Below, piece after piece: positions 16,559 through 20,000 of a DNA stretch of 20,000 bases. A model generated the notes under the pieces. It saw only the letters and a list, made by a program, of their open reading frames with translations. It had not been told where the DNA came from and made no database searches. The stretch lies in IMG/VR virus record IMGVR_UViG_3300035670_000133. One strand, given 5' to 3'. How positions within the stretch are numbered: the first letter of the stretch is position 1; each line of letters begins with the position of its first letter. The stretch is from an uncultured virus (IMG/VR IMGVR_UViG_3300035670_000133). Its lineage: Duplodnaviria; Heunggongvirae; Uroviricota; Caudoviricetes. Both the position numbers and the translations under genes were made by a program.

Positions 16559-18403
16559 ATGGTAGCTCGTCGCCCCGTTGTTGTTATTAGCGGTCAGCAG
16601 ACTGAGCTACCCCCTGGCGACTCGATTGTTGGCGGTTCGGTTGGAGCTCTAACGGCGGGTAGTGGTTTAAATGGCGGTGGCGACTTAGTAAGTACAACTG
16701 TAACTAATGTATCGCTGGCGCCGAATCCCAGCGGTTTGATTCTGGTTGATAACAAGTATCTTGCTAACGATGGTGTTGCACTTCGTACCGGTCAAACTGC
16801 TTTAGCTAGTGGAAATTACGCCCTGGCCGCTGGTACTGCTGCACTAGCTAGCGGTGTTGCTGGAAGCACATTGGCCGCTACGGCGCTGGCTAGTGGCACT
16901 GCCGCTCAAACTGCAATCAATGCGATCCCAGGCGGCACAATTCAGCGTTTTACGGCGGCGAGTGCGATTGCGTCTGGTTACGCCGTGGGCTTGGACGACT
17001 CAAAAAGAGTACAATCTATAAGGGAAGTAGCTAATCCGAATGTTCGGACTTTTGGCTCTGCTGTAGTCTTTGAGTCTGCTACTACTTATTACACAACTAC
17101 CACTTTTGATTCAACTAACAATCGTACGGTTATTGTTTATCAAGATGCAGGTAATTCTAACTACGGTACTGCAGTCGTTGGTACTGTTTCCGGAACATCT
17201 ATTTCTTTCGGTACTCCTGTAGTATTTCAATCTTCTTATTTTCTAACACCTAGCGCTGTATACGATTTAACTAATAATCGTGTAGTTATTGCTTATCGAA
17301 ATCTTACTAATTCTAACTACGGTACTGCTATTGTTGGTACTGTTTCTGGTACATCTATTTCTTTTGGTTCTGCTGTTGTATTCTTATCTGCAGGAATTAA
17401 CAGTATTGCTGCTGTTTACGATTCTACTAACAGTAAGGTAATAGTTGCTTACCGAAATACTGGCAACCTTAATTATGGTACTGCGATTGTAGGGACTGTC
17501 TCTGGTACATCTATCTCTTTTGGTACCCCTACTGTTTTTGCTTCTTCCGATATTTCGGAGACCGCAATTACACACGACACTACGAGCAATAAAATTATTA
17601 TTGCTTATAAAAATACTGCTAATTCTGATTACGGTACTGCGATAGTAGGAACTGTCTCTGGTACATCTATTTCTTTCGGTACCGCTGTCGTTTTTCAATC
17701 TGCTTTTTCGTATTATATTGCTGCAAGTTATGATTCCTCTAATAATCGTACTGTTATTTCTTACTCAAACAATACTAATGCTAATGTAGGCACTTCTATT
17801 GTAGGTACAGTTTCTGGAACTTCTATTTCTTTTGGTACGGCAGTATTGTTTGCAACATCTCAGTCCTTTTATATAGCCTCTGTATTTGACTCTAGTGTTA
17901 ATCGTATTGTTATAGCTTATAGGAACTTGGATAATTCTGGGTACGGTACTGCTATTATTGGCGCTGTTTCAGGAACATCGATTTCTTTTAATACTCCTGT
18001 TGTTTTTGAGTCTGCTGAAGTGAATTTCACTTCCGCTGCATATGATTCAGTTAGTAATCGTGTTATTTTTTCTTATAGCGATGCCGGCAATTTAGAATAT
18101 GGCACTGCAATCGTTTCCTCACCTGGTTCTGCGGTAGGCCCCACAATATCCTCACGCAACAACTTCATCGGCATCGCTCAAACTACAGCAGCTAGTGGCT
18201 CTGCTGTTAACGTCCGTCTTCCAGGCTCGTACGATCAAAACAACACCGGCTTAACTCCCGGAGCTGTGTATTACGTCAACCCAACAACCAGCGGATTCAC
18301 AACAACCGCGACCCAGCCATCAGCGTGGTCTGGTGCAGTTAACTGGGGTCCAATTGGCCGGGCGGTTAATTCGACCACTCTGCTACTGACCGACATGATT
18401 TAG
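16559..18403 (+). CDS. virion protein with 7 x 52-aa repeats (predicted beta-propeller), paralogue 2
   Basis: Same architecture as 14659..16524. Confidence 0.8.
   Translation: MVARRPVVVISGQQTELPPGDSIVGGSVGALTAGSGLNGGGDLVSTTVTNVSLAPNPSGLILVDNKYLANDGVALRTGQTALASGNYALAAGTAALASGVAGSTLAATALASGTAAQTAINAIPGGTIQRFTAASAIASGYAVGLDDSKRVQSIREVANPNVRTFGSAVVFESATTYYTTTTFDSTNNRTVIVYQDAGNSNYGTAVVGTVSGTSISFGTPVVFQSSYFLTPSAVYDLTNNRVVIAYRNLTNSNYGTAIVGTVSGTSISFGSAVVFLSAGINSIAAVYDSTNSKVIVAYRNTGNLNYGTAIVGTVSGTSISFGTPTVFASSDISETAITHDTTSNKIIIAYKNTANSDYGTAIVGTVSGTSISFGTAVVFQSAFSYYIAASYDSSNNRTVISYSNNTNANVGTSIVGTVSGTSISFGTAVLFATSQSFYIASVFDSSVNRIVIAYRNLDNSGYGTAIIGAVSGTSISFNTPVVFESAEVNFTSAAYDSVSNRVIFSYSDAGNLEYGTAIVSSPGSAVGPTISSRNNFIGIAQTTAASGSAVNVRLPGSYDQNNTGLTPGAVYYVNPTTSGFTTTATQPSAWSGAVNWGPIGRAVNSTTLLLTDMI
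17051..18118 (+). repeat. 156-bp degenerate tandem repeat array, 7 units
   Basis: Counted from the translation. Confidence 0.9.
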
Positions 18404-18435
18404 TCGGCTACACTGTTTTAGTGCTCTAGAGCCCC

Positions 18436-18711
18436 ATGAAAACCATTTGCCGCCTGGCTGACTTCCAGGTCCCTAACGTCAGCATCTATCTGTTTGAAGA
18501 TGCCAAGCCCGTGTCGATCGAAACCGATCGCACCGTCGTGGGCGACCCCGCCAATCCTGATCTGATCATCATGGATTGCAAGACTTCTAACTGCGTTCTC
18601 GAAGAGGGCGTGACTGATCCCGGCGATTGGTTCGGTTGGAAGTACACCTACACTACCGCTGGCGGCTGGGCGCTGAATCCCGATTGGGTTGATCCGCGTA
18701 CTCAAGCCTGA
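18436..18711 (+). CDS. small acidic protein accompanying the propeller genes (possible chaperone/cap)
   Basis: 91-aa ORF with TACACT 21 nt upstream and a Trp-rich C-terminus (DWFGWKY...WALNPDWVDP). Confidence 0.7.
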   Translation: MKTICRLADFQVPNVSIYLFEDAKPVSIETDRTVVGDPANPDLIIMDCKTSNCVLEEGVTDPGDWFGWKYTYTTAGGWALNPDWVDPRTQA

Positions 18712-18748
18712 TCGGATCGGATAAAATAAAGTTAACTAGGCGGTAGAA

Positions 18749-20000
18749 ATGGCTGAGAAACTTCCTCTGGTTTATGTAGACGGAGGACTCAGCCAGCTTC
18801 CGCCTGGTGACTCTATTGACGGTGTTTCGCTCGGTACGCTGACTGCGGGTAGCGGTTTAGTTGGCGGCGGCGATCTCAACACTGGAAGTAAGAGACTTGA
18901 TGTTGGACTGGCGCCCGCTGCAAGCGGTGTGATTTTTGTCGGCGACGCCATTGGTTTGGATGGTGTTGCTGAAGCCAGGGCTACTGCTGCGCTGGCTTCT
19001 GGTAATGCTGGTTTAGTTCTGGGTGCAACTGCGCTTTCGAGCGGCGTGGTTGCTCAGGGTGAAGCTAATACTGCACTGGCGACTTGTAACTCGGCGCTGA
19101 GTGCTGCAGTTAATTTTGTTGGTAGCAGCTTGATTGAGTTAACGGCTGCTAGCGCGATTGCGTCTGGATATGCGGTTGGTTTGGATGATGCTGGAAAAGT
19201 GCAGGTTATAAGAGAATTAGTCAATGTGGATTCTCGATCCTTTGGAACACCTACAGTTTTTGAATCCGCTTCGAGTCTCTACATTTCTTCTATTTATGAC
19301 TCTACAAATAACCGAGTTGTTGTAGTTTACAGAGATGACGGTAACTCTTTCTATGGTACCGCCGCCGTCGGTACTGTTTCTAACACATCGATATCTTTTG
19401 GTACCCCCGTTGTTTTCGAGTCTGCTAATACTACTTATATTTCCTCAACTTATGACTCTACTAATAATCGAGTTATTATTACCTACCGAGATAACGGTAA
19501 CGCCAACTATGGCACTGCCATTGTTGGTACTGTTTCTGGTACATCAATATCTTTTGGTACTGCTGTTGTTTTTGAGTCTGCTAGTTCTGCTTTTACTTCC
19601 GCTACCTACGATTCAACCAACAATCGAGTTGTTATTGCTTATCAAGATGCAGCTAATTCCGCTTATGGTACTGCAATTGTCGGAATTGTTTCAGGTACCT
19701 CAATTTCCTTTGGTACTGCTGTCGTTTTTGAGTCTGCTGTTACTAGTTACATCTCCGCCACCTACGACTCCACCGACAACCGAGTCGTAATCGCCTACAC
19801 AGACAGCGGCAATTCCGACTATGGCACCGCAATTGTCGGCACAGTTTCCGGCACTTCAATATCTTTTGGCGCGGCTGTCGTTTTTGAGTCTGCTGTTACT
19901 AGTTACATCTCCGCCACCTACGACTCCACCGACAACCGAGTCGTAATCGCCTACACAGACAGCGGCAATTCCGACTATGGCACCGCAATTGTCGGCACAG
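18749..20000 (+). CDS. virion protein with 52-aa repeats, paralogue 3; 3'-truncated (not in ORF track)
   Basis: ATG at 18749 gives MAEKLPLVYVDGGLSQLPPGDSIDG...LTAGSGLVGGG, homologous to paralogues 1 and 2. The frame stays open to the end of the window. Confidence 0.85.
   Translation, partial: MAEKLPLVYVDGGLSQLPPGDSIDGVSLGTLTAGSGLVGGGDLNTGSKRLDVGLAPAASGVIFVGDAIGLDGVAEARATAALASGNAGLVLGATALSSGVVAQGEANTALATCNSALSAAVNFVGSSLIELTAASAIASGYAVGLDDAGKVQVIRELVNVDSRSFGTPTVFESASSLYISSIYDSTNNRVVVVYRDDGNSFYGTAAVGTVSNTSISFGTPVVFESANTTYISSTYDSTNNRVIITYRDNGNANYGTAIVGTVSGTSISFGTAVVFESASSAFTSATYDSTNNRVVIAYQDAANSAYGTAIVGIVSGTSISFGTAVVFESAVTSYISATYDSTDNRVVIAYTDSGNSDYGTAIVGTVSGTSISFGAAVVFESAVTSYISATYDSTDNRVVIAYTDSGNSDYGTAIVGT
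19241..20000 (+). repeat. 156-bp tandem repeat array, at least 5 units; units 4 and 5 identical over 127 bp
   Basis: Units start at 19241, 19397, 19553, 19709 and 19865. 19718-19844 equals 19874-20000. Confidence 0.92.

Noticed and set aside
10492..18705. Other short nested or antisense ORFs in the track (e.g. 10492..10746, 11210..11404, 11299..11517, 12169..12372, 12475..12666, 12887..13112, 13162..13389, 13386..13975, 14166..14348, 14880..15062, 18418..18705; likewise 7465..7719)
   Set aside because: They overlap longer motif-bearing genes and have no independent support.
15166..20000. Diversity-generating retroelement (TR/VR pairs) or CRISPR array as the explanation for the repeats
   Set aside because: No reverse transcriptase, no non-coding template and no cas genes in the window. 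Differences between units are not adenine-restricted, and the repeats are in-frame coding units. An RT elsewhere in the genome cannot be excluded.

Overview
A 20 kb segment of a tailed dsDNA phage, most likely a cyanophage. The main host clue is a gene aligning residue-for-residue in register with the phycobilisome-degradation protein NblA. The left half holds a 5'-truncated SWIM-type zinc-finger protein, a short fibre protein, a minus-strand Dps plus HTH pair, nblA, and an SLT lytic transglycosylase followed by probable ejection proteins. It also holds a tightly overlapping minus-strand operon of DNA-binding or apparently catalytically dead enzymes (a Dam-like MTase with NPPY replaced by FPPR, a degenerate HNH, and a wHTH). 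An AT-rich divergent intergenic region follows, then a long plus-strand virion module: fibre proteins, two stand-alone capsid-cement-like proteins, a free-standing HNH/NUMOD homing endonuclease and a tail assembly chaperone. The most striking element is three paralogues in which an array of 52-aa blades (seven in the two complete genes) with a constant framework and variable loops is inserted into the same cement-like domain. The flanks of the arrays show opposite synonymous-site skew (G/T-rich upstream, C/A-rich downstream). One blade is an exact recent duplication. Together these suggest a recombination-driven, RT-independent diversifying display system. Three small ORFs and the 3'-truncated third paralogue, all absent from the ORF track, were found by hand. 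All family assignments come from motif recognition; no database searches were run.
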